The notes under the pieces were generated by a model. That model was given only the letters and a program-made list of their open reading frames with translations, was not told the DNA's origin and did no database searches. DNA of 64,000 nt, taken from Nematocida ausubeli. Taxonomy: Eukaryota. Shown piece by piece: positions 53,197-62,814 of this stretch; the stretch's first letter is position 1, and the number at the start of each line of letters is the position of its first letter. The translations under genes and the position numbers were made by a program. The stretch lies in contig NW_026515635.1 in assembly GCF_000738915.1 (NCBI RefSeq), positions 1 through 64,000 on the forward strand. The letters run 5' to 3'.

Positions 53197-53289
53197 ATGA
53201 GTGAGACTAATATCTCGAGGAGGAAAAAACAGATATTGGATCTCTTTCATATAAAGTGTGCTACTTTTCTGCTCTTTTGCACGAGTTAA
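53197..53289 (+). pseudogene. 5' stub of a secreted-family gene (MSETNISRRKKQILD...)
   Basis: First ~15 codons are homologous to the starts at 45347 and 44927; similarity then stops. Confidence 0.5.
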
Positions 53290-53504
53290 ATTTCATGTGT
53301 GCCTTTGCATTTTCCTCCGCAAGTTTAAATTAACTGCCTTAAATAAAATCTGAATAGTGCTATATTTAACTGCTATCTAATTACATAGAAAAGTATTTCA
53401 GTAGTCCAAGTGCAGTTTTTATTTTGGGCTTTTGGATTATAGAATATTTTTGTAGGAATACTCTGTGAATGAGAAAATATTAAAATATTTGCGATTCTAC
53501 ATTA

Positions 53505-54095
53505 ATGAAAATCCAGCTAGAGAGCATTGAGGCCTTTGAGGATATTTTCAAGGAAATCCTGGGGTCTGACGAAACAGCAAAGCACACCCAGAATGAACTA
53601 AATGTGTTAATGCACATAAAGAATCTTTTCCTGAAGAATGTAGAAATAGGAGGGGAAGAGCTTGATATAGGGCAAGTGACACAAGAGAAACTTGAAAGAA
53701 AGAAGGAGCATGCAAAGCTAATTGCAGAAGTAGAAGAAGCAGAGAAAAATAAAAGTGAAGCTCTAAATACACTTTGCAATCTTAGAAGAGAACTTCCACA
53801 TACTCTGCGTGAGGAAGTTTCTGAAAGGTGCACAGAAGTCATACGGCAGATGAACTATAAACCAGCGCATGCTACTATTCCCCAGAAAGCACCAGCACCA
53901 GAGGAGGATGTCACTCGAATTAAATCCACAGTTAACGAATTATCTGAAAAGCTGCCTGTGGTTCTGTCGCAAATAAAGGAGAAGATCTCCTATGTAGAGA
54001 AAGAAGTAAAGGAAAGAATTGATCAAAAGGGAAGAGAGATTGAAACAGAAGCACTTTCCATTTTATTTAAGGATGAATTGGAGATGCCTGAGTGA
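53505..54095 (+). CDS. Kinetochore Mis12-complex subunit Nsl1/Mis14-like coiled-coil protein
   Basis: KIQLES, FLKNVEIGG and LCNLRRELP match the Mis14 pattern KIELQS...NxxING...LRRxxP. Confidence 0.55.
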   Translation: MKIQLESIEAFEDIFKEILGSDETAKHTQNELNVLMHIKNLFLKNVEIGGEELDIGQVTQEKLERKKEHAKLIAEVEEAEKNKSEALNTLCNLRRELPHTLREEVSERCTEVIRQMNYKPAHATIPQKAPAPEEDVTRIKSTVNELSEKLPVVLSQIKEKISYVEKEVKERIDQKGREIETEALSILFKDELEMPE

Positions 54096-54646
54096 AACAC
54101 CCAATCTATCCTCCAAATGCATTCTAGTTTTGTTCATTTTCCATGTTTTGTTCGTTTCAGTAATAAATATTCTTTAAAAAAATCTGGTTGTATTCAGATT
54201 AGTTTATATGGCGTACATTAAATGTGAATGTTTTGCGGTTATATTCGGGCTATAGCGAGCACTTTTATCTGTAAGTAATTATTTAGGATTTCGGGTTATG
54301 TGTAAAAATGGACTGCTGTTGAAGAAAATTCGTGTGCGGCAAAGGATCTAGGACATATCATATCTTTATATGTGCTTGTTCGCCTTCAGGTTATATCATT
54401 TATTTAATTATAAACTTACATTCCTTGATCACTTGTCTCTTGGTGCTTCTACTCATGGCCCTGTATCCTAAATGAGTTTCTCACCTTGTCTAAAAGTAAA
54501 GTATTACGTGAGGCAAAGCAAAGAAGATCTAACTATTGTACTATGCCCTACAAGGATAACACATACAGATGTTTATCTTCTTTGCTTTCCTTCTGTTTCA
54601 TCTGGGTAGCATGCAAATTCTTTCTGCACTATTATAATGGGTCTGT

Positions 54647-54710
54647 TTCGGGTTATTCGGGCTATACCGGGTTTAATCGGGTTATACCGGGTTATTCGGG
54701 GTTTGGGTTA
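54647..54710. repeat. Tandem cluster of 6-7 TTCGGGTTA-like units (~10-bp period)
   Basis: TTCGGGTTA TTCGGGCTA TACCGGGTTT AATCGGGTTA TACCGGGTTA TTCGGGGTT TGGGTTA. Confidence 0.85.
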
Positions 54711-54716
54711 TAGAAT

Positions 54717-55892
54717 TTACTTCCTACGAGGCATCCGCTCCATTCTCTTTGTTTTGACCAGGCTTTTGTACTTGTCTATAATTTGGTCTCTTGATGTATT
54801 CTTGAAGTCGCACTTTCTTTGCACTCTGTCCCAGTCTGTTCCGCAGATTTGTATTATTTTAATAAGTTTTTCTGTTTCTTTCGCTGTCCAAAGTTTTTTT
54901 GGTCTCCTGGCATTCGTCTTCATGCTGCTGCTTGCTTTAGAAAGTTCTTTTTCTTCGTCAATGCTGTCTGGGTGATTTGATTTCTCCAATTCTATTGGAT
55001 CCTCCAAGTCGCTCTCATTCCACTCAACTTCGACTCCTGGAATTTGTGTGTTAATTAGTGACTTAAGATTTATGTGCTTGTACTCGTTGATAAAGCTTGT
55101 GTACTTTTTCTTCTTGTCTGTGAAGGATTTTTCCTCTTGCTTGTCTTCTTCCTTTTTCTTTGGCGTCTTCATTTTTTCTCCGTCTTTTTCTGAGCATAAA
55201 ATAGAATGGGTTTTAATATTTTCAACTTCATCCTCAAGCAATGCACTTCCAGTCTCCAGAAGAAGATTCTTCTGCTCTAATATTTCGTGAACCACTTCAG
55301 AGACGCATTCTTCTTTCATACTTACTGTTGTAAGAAGAGGCAAACTCAGATGTTCAAATATACTTTGTGTTTCTTTAAGAATTCTTTCTTTAAATTCTAT
55401 AAAGTACTTCTTTCTTTCTTCTACACTTATTACAACATCCTCGCTTGCTGCGGTCTGCATCATTAACTCAATCTGTGAGCTTATCTCTTCATCTTTCATC
55501 TTCTCATAATGATCCATCATATTTTGGGATTTCTTCAAGAGCAGATTATACATCCACAGAATAATCCTTTTTATCTGCTGCATATTCTGGCCTTTGGTTC
55601 TCTGCAGATGCTCAAATACTGCATAGAACTTTCTATTTATTAAAGGAGATTCATATTGCGATAGCACTTTGTTATGGATCAGAAATATTATGTACTTTGT
55701 TAATATTTCATCATCTTTTTCGTACTCTTTTGATTCTATTTTGCTCTTTAGATTGTATATTAAATATGAAAAATAGCTGGAATTTTGGGTATATTGCAGG
55801 GTTTGCTTGCTGTCTTTGTTATTATCAATTATATAACTTATATACATGTACAAAATATAGTCAATATATTGCATCTTCATAAGGCTTTCCAT
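54717..55892 (-). CDS. Protein with a single C-terminal telobox-like Myb domain (TRF/Tbf1/Taz1-like architecture)
   Basis: RRPKKLWTAKETEKLIKIIQICGTDWDRV...FKNTSRDQIIDKYKSL resembles the TRF Myb (W..EE..L...V...G...W..I...F.NRT...LKDRWR). Confidence 0.7.
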   Translation of the reverse strand: MESLMKMQYIDYILYMYISYIIDNNKDSKQTLQYTQNSSYFSYLIYNLKSKIESKEYEKDDEILTKYIIFLIHNKVLSQYESPLINRKFYAVFEHLQRTKGQNMQQIKRIILWMYNLLLKKSQNMMDHYEKMKDEEISSQIELMMQTAASEDVVISVEERKKYFIEFKERILKETQSIFEHLSLPLLTTVSMKEECVSEVVHEILEQKNLLLETGSALLEDEVENIKTHSILCSEKDGEKMKTPKKKEEDKQEEKSFTDKKKKYTSFINEYKHINLKSLINTQIPGVEVEWNESDLEDPIELEKSNHPDSIDEEKELSKASSSMKTNARRPKKLWTAKETEKLIKIIQICGTDWDRVQRKCDFKNTSRDQIIDKYKSLVKTKRMERMPRRK

Positions 55893-56239
55893 TAGCTTGA
55901 AGAATATAAAAAAATTAATTAGAATTCTCGCTTATAACACGAAATAGCCCAAATGTACTTCTTACAAAATCAGAATACTCTAAAGCGCATCCATAAAGGT
56001 ATTTAGGCATATAATAGATGTAGCCAGCTTACTTGTATGATTGGGTTATATATATCAGGACTTTGGCTTATTTCAGGGTTATATCAGGTTATGTTCTGCC
56101 TTTTGAGGGGTAAATCAAACATGCATGGAAGTAAAAGAGTTCTGCTTCTTGGAGGCTTCTAATGGCATATTTTCCATACGAAAACACAGCTGAAAATACT
56201 TATTTTATTATCTAAAAACCACATATACAGAAAAGATGC

Positions 56240-56692
56240 TCACAGGTTTTTTAGCCTCATGTACTCCTCTTTTATAAGGGTCAGCTTGTTATTTATCTGG
56301 GCGTAGAGTTCAATCTGCTCGGTCTTTTCCTGCAGAGAGCTGTTTTGCGCATATGCGATGCTCAGAACTTGGCTTATTTCTTCCTCTAGCTTGTATATGA
56401 GCCTCTTAAAATCGCCAGTGGTTGTTTTCAGCGCGCTCACTGCCTGTTTACACTTTGAGCATTCGCCCTGGACAGGCGCTGCGCTCAGGATTTCTTGCCG
56501 CAAGGAGGCTATTTGCTGCCCAAGCGTTTGGATTATTTCATTTGATATGCCCTTGTTTGAATTAATTATATTCTCCTTTAAAACCCGATTTTCCTCTCTT
56601 ATCTGATGCATTTCCTCTTCCATAACTATGATCTGCTCTACTAATCGGTCTATTCTGTTTCTCTCGGCTCTGTCATCTGATATTTCATCCAT
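56240..56692 (-). CDS. Hypothetical coiled-coil protein
   Basis: 150-aa heptad-rich ORF with a central CSKC. Confidence 0.7.
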   Translation of the reverse strand: MDEISDDRAERNRIDRLVEQIIVMEEEMHQIREENRVLKENIINSNKGISNEIIQTLGQQIASLRQEILSAAPVQGECSKCKQAVSALKTTTGDFKRLIYKLEEEISQVLSIAYAQNSSLQEKTEQIELYAQINNKLTLIKEEYMRLKNL

Positions 56693-57585
56693 TCTGAAAT
56701 TTTCTATTTTTGCACTTTTATAGTTTTCTCTTTAAACAACAGAAAATGACTGTATGTATTTCAGGGATATAACTCAACATTTTGCATGCTCTTTTTAAAT
56801 AGTCTGAATTCCTTGAAGGACTCTATGCCTTCCCGGGTTTATACGTCCCTGCGCTTTTGTAGATGTTTTTATAAACTTCTAATTCTGATAGAGCCCAAGA
56901 ATAGACAAATAGATATCTGGCTCCATGCTGTTTGTTTTTCACTTTACATACTGCAAAACTTACCCTGGAATAATAAATTTGTGTTCTTACAACTTTGTTT
57001 TCTATTCCTAGCTACTGCGTTTTTAGAAACATTCTGTATGTGCCTCCTAAAATGCATAGCATAAATTATTTCTACTATTAAATGTCTTTAAGCGCTCTAT
57101 ACTACTCTATAATAAAGAGCTTGTATTTTGATCTATATATTGCAATTGTGTGCACAAAACACGTCTTTGCATCTGGGGTGTTCAAATTTAATAGTACTCT
57201 ACATTTATATACACCCCTATTCTCAATCCACATCTGCTGTATATGGCCCAAATCATATTTCTTGTCTTCCATTTATCTGTGTGCATATAGTGTGATGAGA
57301 TTCTGCATTTTTTATCTTTACCAGCGCTGCACCCATATATCCTCTCTATGCGCTTACTAGGCTTTCTTCCGTTGCATACTTGCAGGGTCTCTAGATTTGT
57401 CTGCTTTCTTTATTTATTTCGGTCTTCGATAGTTATTTGCAAAATAAACACGTACTATAATCTTTTTCTTTTATCAAGCACTGGACGCATTTATTTCTAG
57501 AAAATCTCAGGAAAATGCAAAAGCAGAAAACAATAGCCTGAATCAATATCATATTTTATTTAAAGAGAAAATAGATCCTACACAC

Positions 57586-60500
57586 TCATGGCTCTTTGGC
57601 CAGGCTCAGAACGATCTTTCTTCCAGCAAGATTAAGTGTCTCGCTGACTGCATTTTCTGGCTCATCTGAAGTTATATACGTATTTGCGTCGCATATAACA
57701 TCTGAGCTGTCAACTCCACTTGCATGCAAAAGAGCCTTGTCGCTTATGTGCAGACCTGCCTTTTTCCTTAGCTTCTGGACTAAGCTTTTCACCTCTCGCT
57801 TTACCCAGTGGATCTCTATTTCTTCGCTCCTCTCTGTGTCTATCACCACATAAATCAGATCAGACGCAGATGCACCCTTTAGAGTTACTGGAAGGTTAAG
57901 GGCTTCTCGCTTATAAATAACTTCGTCTCGGGTTATGTTTATGCCGTCGCAAAGCAGCGCGCCTTCCGTCAGAAGTTTGGTTATGGCCTCCTGGTCTGCT
58001 GCGCGCTTTCGAATGGCTGCAGTTCTCTTCTGCACCTCACCTCCTCCGTAGAGGGCGCTGATCTTCTTGAAGTCTGGCAAAATCTCCTTCTTCCACGCAT
58101 AGTCGCTCTCTGTCTTGTAACTCACCACAAGCGAGTTCGACTCCTTCTCTATGATGGATGTCAGAACAGAAGACATCTCCATTCCCACAATGGATATCTC
58201 CTTCAGAGGCATCTTAAGTGCTATCTCGCACTTCTCTCGAATGACACGCACCGTCTCAATCACACTCTTCATCTTCCTAAAGTCTGTCAGAATTTTCTCA
58301 AGAGACGTAATCTTCGACATCTTAGACACTTTCAGTATCTTTTCTGTGGTTCTTTCTATCTGCTCTTTATACATCTGGAAGTGCACTGACAGCCTTTGCT
58401 CAGAAATGTTGCCTCCCTCAGATGGCTCGCTCTTATGAAGATCCCCGTTGCACGCTGCGATCTCCTGGTAGCACACCTCACTGAAGAACGGAGTAAAGGG
58501 CGCCATGATAACAGACAGTCCCTTGAGAATGTGCCGCAGCACCTTCATCTCTGTGTTTCGCAGGCGGTCTCTGCTCAGCCGGATGTACCACCGACTCAGG
58601 TCTCCCAGGAACTCAATCGTTTTTGGGAGTATGTTGTGCAGCCGGTACTCAAGCCCTTCGCTCTGTATTGCAAGCGAGAACTCTTTGAACTCCTGCAGAA
58701 TCCACAGATCCAGCATGCTGTCGCCCTCATCTATCTTGATGTCCAGGCTGGACACGCTCAAGGCAATGTCCTCCACGTCACAGCCGGTGCTGTCCTCCTT
58801 GGCCGCACTTGATGTGGTCTTAAGGAAGCGCAGGCAGTTCTGCCATGGAATTAGAAGCTCTCTGACAATGCTCACCACACCGGCCTCTGTGAACTTGAGG
58901 TTCTCTGCCTTCACTGCAGTGGAAGAGATGAGGTACATGCGCATTGCATCTGCCCCGTGGGTGTTCATGATTTCCATTGGGTCCGGGTAGTTCTTCAGCC
59001 GCTTGCTCATTTTCTTCCCATCTGCTGCCAGCACCAGTCCCGTCACCATTACGTTCTTAAAAGCAGCTGAGTTGTAGAGCAGCACAGAAAGCACGTGCAG
59101 TGTGTAGAACCATCCTCGCGTCTGGTCCAGGCCTTCTGCAATAAAGTCTGCTGGGAATGTCATCTGGAACCTCTTTTCGTTCTCAAACGGGAAGTGTTTC
59201 TGCGCATACGGCATGCTTCCGCTTTCAAACCAGCAGTCAAGCACCTCTTCTGTTCTGATGTACTTCACCCCGCCCTTCTCTATCACAATTGTGTCAACAA
59301 TGTCCTTGTGCAGGTCGGCTGTTCTTATGCCTGTGTGCTCGTACAGCTCCTCCACCGACCCAATGCAGATAATGTCGTCCTCTGTGAGATTTGCGCCTGC
59401 GCCCTCTCTGATCCAAATGGGTATTGGGGTTCCCCAGTATCTGTTTCTTGAGATCGACCAGTCTCTGGCATTCTCAAGCCACAGTCCAAATTTGCCCTCG
59501 CCCACTGACTTTGGGCTCCAATTAATGGTCTTGTTCATTTTGATCAGATCAGCAACTGCGCTCTTCACGTGCACGAACCAGCTGGGCACTGCCTTGTAGA
59601 TCAGAGGCGTGTCAGACCTCCAGCAGAACGGATAGCTGTGATCAATTGATGTTGTTTCATAGAGCACGCCCTTTTCCTTCAGGTACCGAATGATCTCCTT
59701 TTCAAGCTCCTTCTCCTTAACGTATCTTCCTGCATAGTCTAACACTTCCTCTGTGTACCTTCCGCTTTCATCCACCGGGCAGACCACCTCATCATTCTCC
59801 TTTATAATGCCGTTTGCCACAAATGCAGTGTAGTCCTCCTCTCCGAATCCAGGCGCGCAGTGCACTATTCCCGTACCGGCGCCCTCCACGACAAACTCAG
59901 CTGCATACGTTCTGAAGTATCCGCTGCTTCTTCGCCCCTCAAAGTATGCAAATGGCTGGGTGTACTCCACGCCCACAATGCTCTTTCCAGCAAACACCTC
60001 CACAGGCGCAGCTTTTTTGGCATAGAACTTCCCTGCTATCACATAGGCACCCTCTACCTTATCCTTCAGCAGAACATACTCCATCTCAGGGTTCACCATC
60101 AGAGCAGAGTTCCCTGGAAGTGTCCAGGGCGTGGTTGTCCATGCAAGGAACGACACATTACTGTATACTGTTCCGTTTATGGTCATTTCCCCAAGCACAG
60201 GCAGCCTGATTGTTGCTGTCAAGTCTGTTGTCACTTTGTAGTTCTGGTTTGCCTCAAAGTTGCTCATTGGCGTTCTGCACGCAGTCGAGTACGGCATCAC
60301 TCGGTATCCCCGGTAGACCATGCCCTTCTTGTACAGCTCTTTGAAGACCCACCAGACACTCTCCATAAAGCTGAAGTCCATTGTCTTGTAGTCATTCTTA
60401 AAGTCAATCCATCTGCCCATTCTCCCAACAATGGCCTCCCACTGCCCAGAGTATCGCATGACAATCTCTCTGCAGTACTCGTTGTACTTCTTCACACCAA

Positions 60501-60807
60501 TTTTCTCAATGTCCTGCTTTGTCTTTATGTTGTAGATCTTGTCTATCTCGTACTCAATTGGCAGACCGTGGCAATCCCAGCCAAATCTTCTCTCTACGTG
60601 GTAGTCCTGCTGATAGTAAAAACGCGTCACCGTGTCTTTTATTGTCCCAGACAGGATGTGTCCATAGTGCGGCAGACCTGTTGCAAATGGAGGCCCGTCA
60701 TAGAACGAGAACTCCTTTTTCCCCTTGCTTAGTTTGTTGCTTAGCTCGAAAGCCTTTATTGACTCCCAGTATTTCTGTATTTTCTCTTCTTGTTTGCTAA
60801 AGTCCAT
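57586..60807 (-). CDS. ILS1: Isoleucyl-tRNA synthetase (cytosolic type)
   Basis: DGPPFATGLPHYGH, GWDCHGLP, WTTTPWTLP, GTGIVH, EGLDQTRGWF and KMSKRLKNY. Confidence 0.98.
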   Translation of the reverse strand: MDFSKQEEKIQKYWESIKAFELSNKLSKGKKEFSFYDGPPFATGLPHYGHILSGTIKDTVTRFYYQQDYHVERRFGWDCHGLPIEYEIDKIYNIKTKQDIEKIGVKKYNEYCREIVMRYSGQWEAIVGRMGRWIDFKNDYKTMDFSFMESVWWVFKELYKKGMVYRGYRVMPYSTACRTPMSNFEANQNYKVTTDLTATIRLPVLGEMTINGTVYSNVSFLAWTTTPWTLPGNSALMVNPEMEYVLLKDKVEGAYVIAGKFYAKKAAPVEVFAGKSIVGVEYTQPFAYFEGRRSSGYFRTYAAEFVVEGAGTGIVHCAPGFGEEDYTAFVANGIIKENDEVVCPVDESGRYTEEVLDYAGRYVKEKELEKEIIRYLKEKGVLYETTSIDHSYPFCWRSDTPLIYKAVPSWFVHVKSAVADLIKMNKTINWSPKSVGEGKFGLWLENARDWSISRNRYWGTPIPIWIREGAGANLTEDDIICIGSVEELYEHTGIRTADLHKDIVDTIVIEKGGVKYIRTEEVLDCWFESGSMPYAQKHFPFENEKRFQMTFPADFIAEGLDQTRGWFYTLHVLSVLLYNSAAFKNVMVTGLVLAADGKKMSKRLKNYPDPMEIMNTHGADAMRMYLISSTAVKAENLKFTEAGVVSIVRELLIPWQNCLRFLKTTSSAAKEDSTGCDVEDIALSVSSLDIKIDEGDSMLDLWILQEFKEFSLAIQSEGLEYRLHNILPKTIEFLGDLSRWYIRLSRDRLRNTEMKVLRHILKGLSVIMAPFTPFFSEVCYQEIAACNGDLHKSEPSEGGNISEQRLSVHFQMYKEQIERTTEKILKVSKMSKITSLEKILTDFRKMKSVIETVRVIREKCEIALKMPLKEISIVGMEMSSVLTSIIEKESNSLVVSYKTESDYAWKKEILPDFKKISALYGGGEVQKRTAAIRKRAADQEAITKLLTEGALLCDGINITRDEVIYKREALNLPVTLKGASASDLIYVVIDTERSEEIEIHWVKREVKSLVQKLRKKAGLHISDKALLHASGVDSSDVICDANTYITSDEPENAVSETLNLAGRKIVLSLAKEP

Positions 60808-61023
60808 GCCCTATAAAAAAATAATTTAGATGTATCTTGAATTGTGCTTTAATTTATAAAGACATCTTAAAGTGTTTTCGGGATTTATGATTTGATATGG
60901 GGCACGTCTTTCTGCGGAAGGGCTTCTCCTGGTGAAGCGGGTGCCCCGGGAGGCTGCAAAAGATACAGCTTGCAGAGGTCTTAATTTACGCACATAAAAA
61001 TAAATAATTTTTGTCAAAACGAA

Positions 61024-62457
61024 ATGCTTTCAGACTTAGGCGCAGGAATAAGCAACGCACTTCAGGGCTTCTTTGGGTCCAAGGAAGGCGAGAAAGAGTT
61101 GAACGATGCCATAAAAAAGATAACCACGTCTCTTCTTGGATCAAATGTGAACACACGAGTTGTTCTAAATGTGCGAAAGAGAATTTTAGAAAGATTTAAG
61201 CCGCAAGATATTCCAACAAAGTCAGCAAAAGAAAAAGCACTTCAGAAAATAGTGTTTGAGGAGCTGTGCGCAATAATGGACTCTGGAAAGGAGCCGTTCA
61301 AGCCAAAAAAGAAAGAGGTTTCAACTGTTCTTTTTGTTGGACTGCAGGGAAGTGGAAAGACAACCACATGCTGTAAATATGCCAAGTATTATAAACAGAG
61401 AGGCTTCAAGGTGGGGATTGTCTGTGCAGACACCTTCAGAGCCGGGGCGTACGAGCAGGTCAAGCAGAACGTCCAGGGCATGAACATTGAGCTGTACATT
61501 CCAAGTGACTCAGTCAATCCTGCACACGTGGCGCGCGCAGGCACTGATAAGCTGAAGGCAAGCGGGTGCAATCTGGTCCTAGTCGATACGAGTGGAAGGC
61601 ACACCCAGGAGGGCGAGCTGTTTGATGAAATGGAGGAAATTGTTGCTGCAATTGACCCAACTGCGTCTATATTCGTGGTGGATGCATCGATTGGGCAGAC
61701 TGCTGAGATACACGCAAGGAGCTTCATGTCTCGTGTGAAGCTTGGATCTGTCATTATCACAAAAACAGACGGAACAAAGAACATTGGGGGCGCTCTGTGC
61801 AGCGTGGCTGAGACAAAAACCCCTGTGGCATTCATCGGAACAGGCGAGGGCATGAACCACATTGAGTCATTCAACCCGAAGGGATTTGTTGGCCGGCTAA
61901 TGGGTCTTGGTGACATATCCAGCTTTGCAGAGAAGATTGAGGGACTTAATATCTCGCAGGAAAAGCAGGAGGAGCTCATTGGAAAAATCAAGGCAGGAGA
62001 GTTCAGCATAGGAGACTTCTATGACCAGTACAAGAGGATTCTTGAACTTGGCCCCATTGGGCAGCTTCTTTCTCTCATTCCAGGACTGAACAGCTCAATG
62101 TTCAACGAGAAGGAGTTCAAGAAAATGGGAACAATCTTCACAGCCATGACAAAGAAAGAGCTTAAAACCAACGGAGAAGTCTTTATTAGATCTCTGTCCA
62201 GGCTGGTGCGTGTAGCCAAAGGAAGTGGTGTGACTCCCACACAGGTCAGAGATGCCATCAACACATACAGAATGATGGCCCAGATGTTCCAAAAGATCTC
62301 CTCAAATCCGATGTTTGCAGGCCTTCTAGGAGGACAGAACGGGGCAAATGACAAAAACATAACCCCTGATGCAGCCCGATCCCAGATAAACCAGCTGAAG
62401 AAGATGATGCCACCAGGCTTTTCCTCAATGTTTGACCAGTTTGATAAGTTTTTCTAG
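61024..62457 (+). CDS. SRP54: Signal recognition particle 54-kDa subunit
   Basis: GLQGSGKTT, DTFRAGA, DTSGRH, TKTD, GGALC and a Met-rich M domain with R..RVAKGSG. Confidence 0.97.
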   Translation: MLSDLGAGISNALQGFFGSKEGEKELNDAIKKITTSLLGSNVNTRVVLNVRKRILERFKPQDIPTKSAKEKALQKIVFEELCAIMDSGKEPFKPKKKEVSTVLFVGLQGSGKTTTCCKYAKYYKQRGFKVGIVCADTFRAGAYEQVKQNVQGMNIELYIPSDSVNPAHVARAGTDKLKASGCNLVLVDTSGRHTQEGELFDEMEEIVAAIDPTASIFVVDASIGQTAEIHARSFMSRVKLGSVIITKTDGTKNIGGALCSVAETKTPVAFIGTGEGMNHIESFNPKGFVGRLMGLGDISSFAEKIEGLNISQEKQEELIGKIKAGEFSIGDFYDQYKRILELGPIGQLLSLIPGLNSSMFNEKEFKKMGTIFTAMTKKELKTNGEVFIRSLSRLVRVAKGSGVTPTQVRDAINTYRMMAQMFQKISSNPMFAGLLGGQNGANDKNITPDAARSQINQLKKMMPPGFSSMFDQFDKFF

Positions 62458-62814
62458 AAACAAAGAATAAACAACTGTGCTTTTTCTTATTCCGCAATGT
62501 GCAGGCCGTGTAGGAATCTATTATCTATTCCACGGTATTTTTTGCACACCACATTGCATAAATTTATTTCTTTTGCAGAAACCTAGCAGCTATAAATGAT
62601 TAGTTAATTGAATTCAGGCTACACCTCATTATGTTTTTTTCTATGTCGAACTAACTAATTTATGCAGTGTATAAAGAGACCAAATACCATGTATCCCCTG
62701 TAATGACTTCTGTTTATACAAATGGCCAATCATCATGCCTAATAAGAATAAAAACATCCAATTAGCTGCAAAAATATAAATATTTTATAGCTAAAAATCA
62801 TTTTTTACAATTTC

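Noticed and set aside
54647..54710. True telomere or interstitial telomeric tract
   Set aside because: Units are irregular 9-10-mers with CGGG, not exact TTAGG/TTAGGG, and housekeeping genes continue on both sides.
56786..57360. Two 92-aa hydrophobic ORFs
   Set aside because: Composition is typical of AT-rich non-coding DNA; no motifs.
59860..60732. 290-aa antisense ORF and other shadow ORFs (e.g. 30083-30862, 61389-62009, 23875-24477)
   Set aside because: They lie opposite or overlap well-supported genes and show no motifs.
60899..60980. SRP RNA beside SRP54 (contains CGGGAGGCTG as in the Alu domain)
   Set aside because: Too short and no helix-8 CAGG/GNRA/AGCAG motif on either strand; kept only as a generic structured-RNA candidate.
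57586..62457. Higher GC of IleRS and SRP54 as horizontal transfer
   Set aside because: Both proteins are eukaryotic cytosolic types; NOP58 and TBL1 are similarly GC-richer, which fits codon bias.
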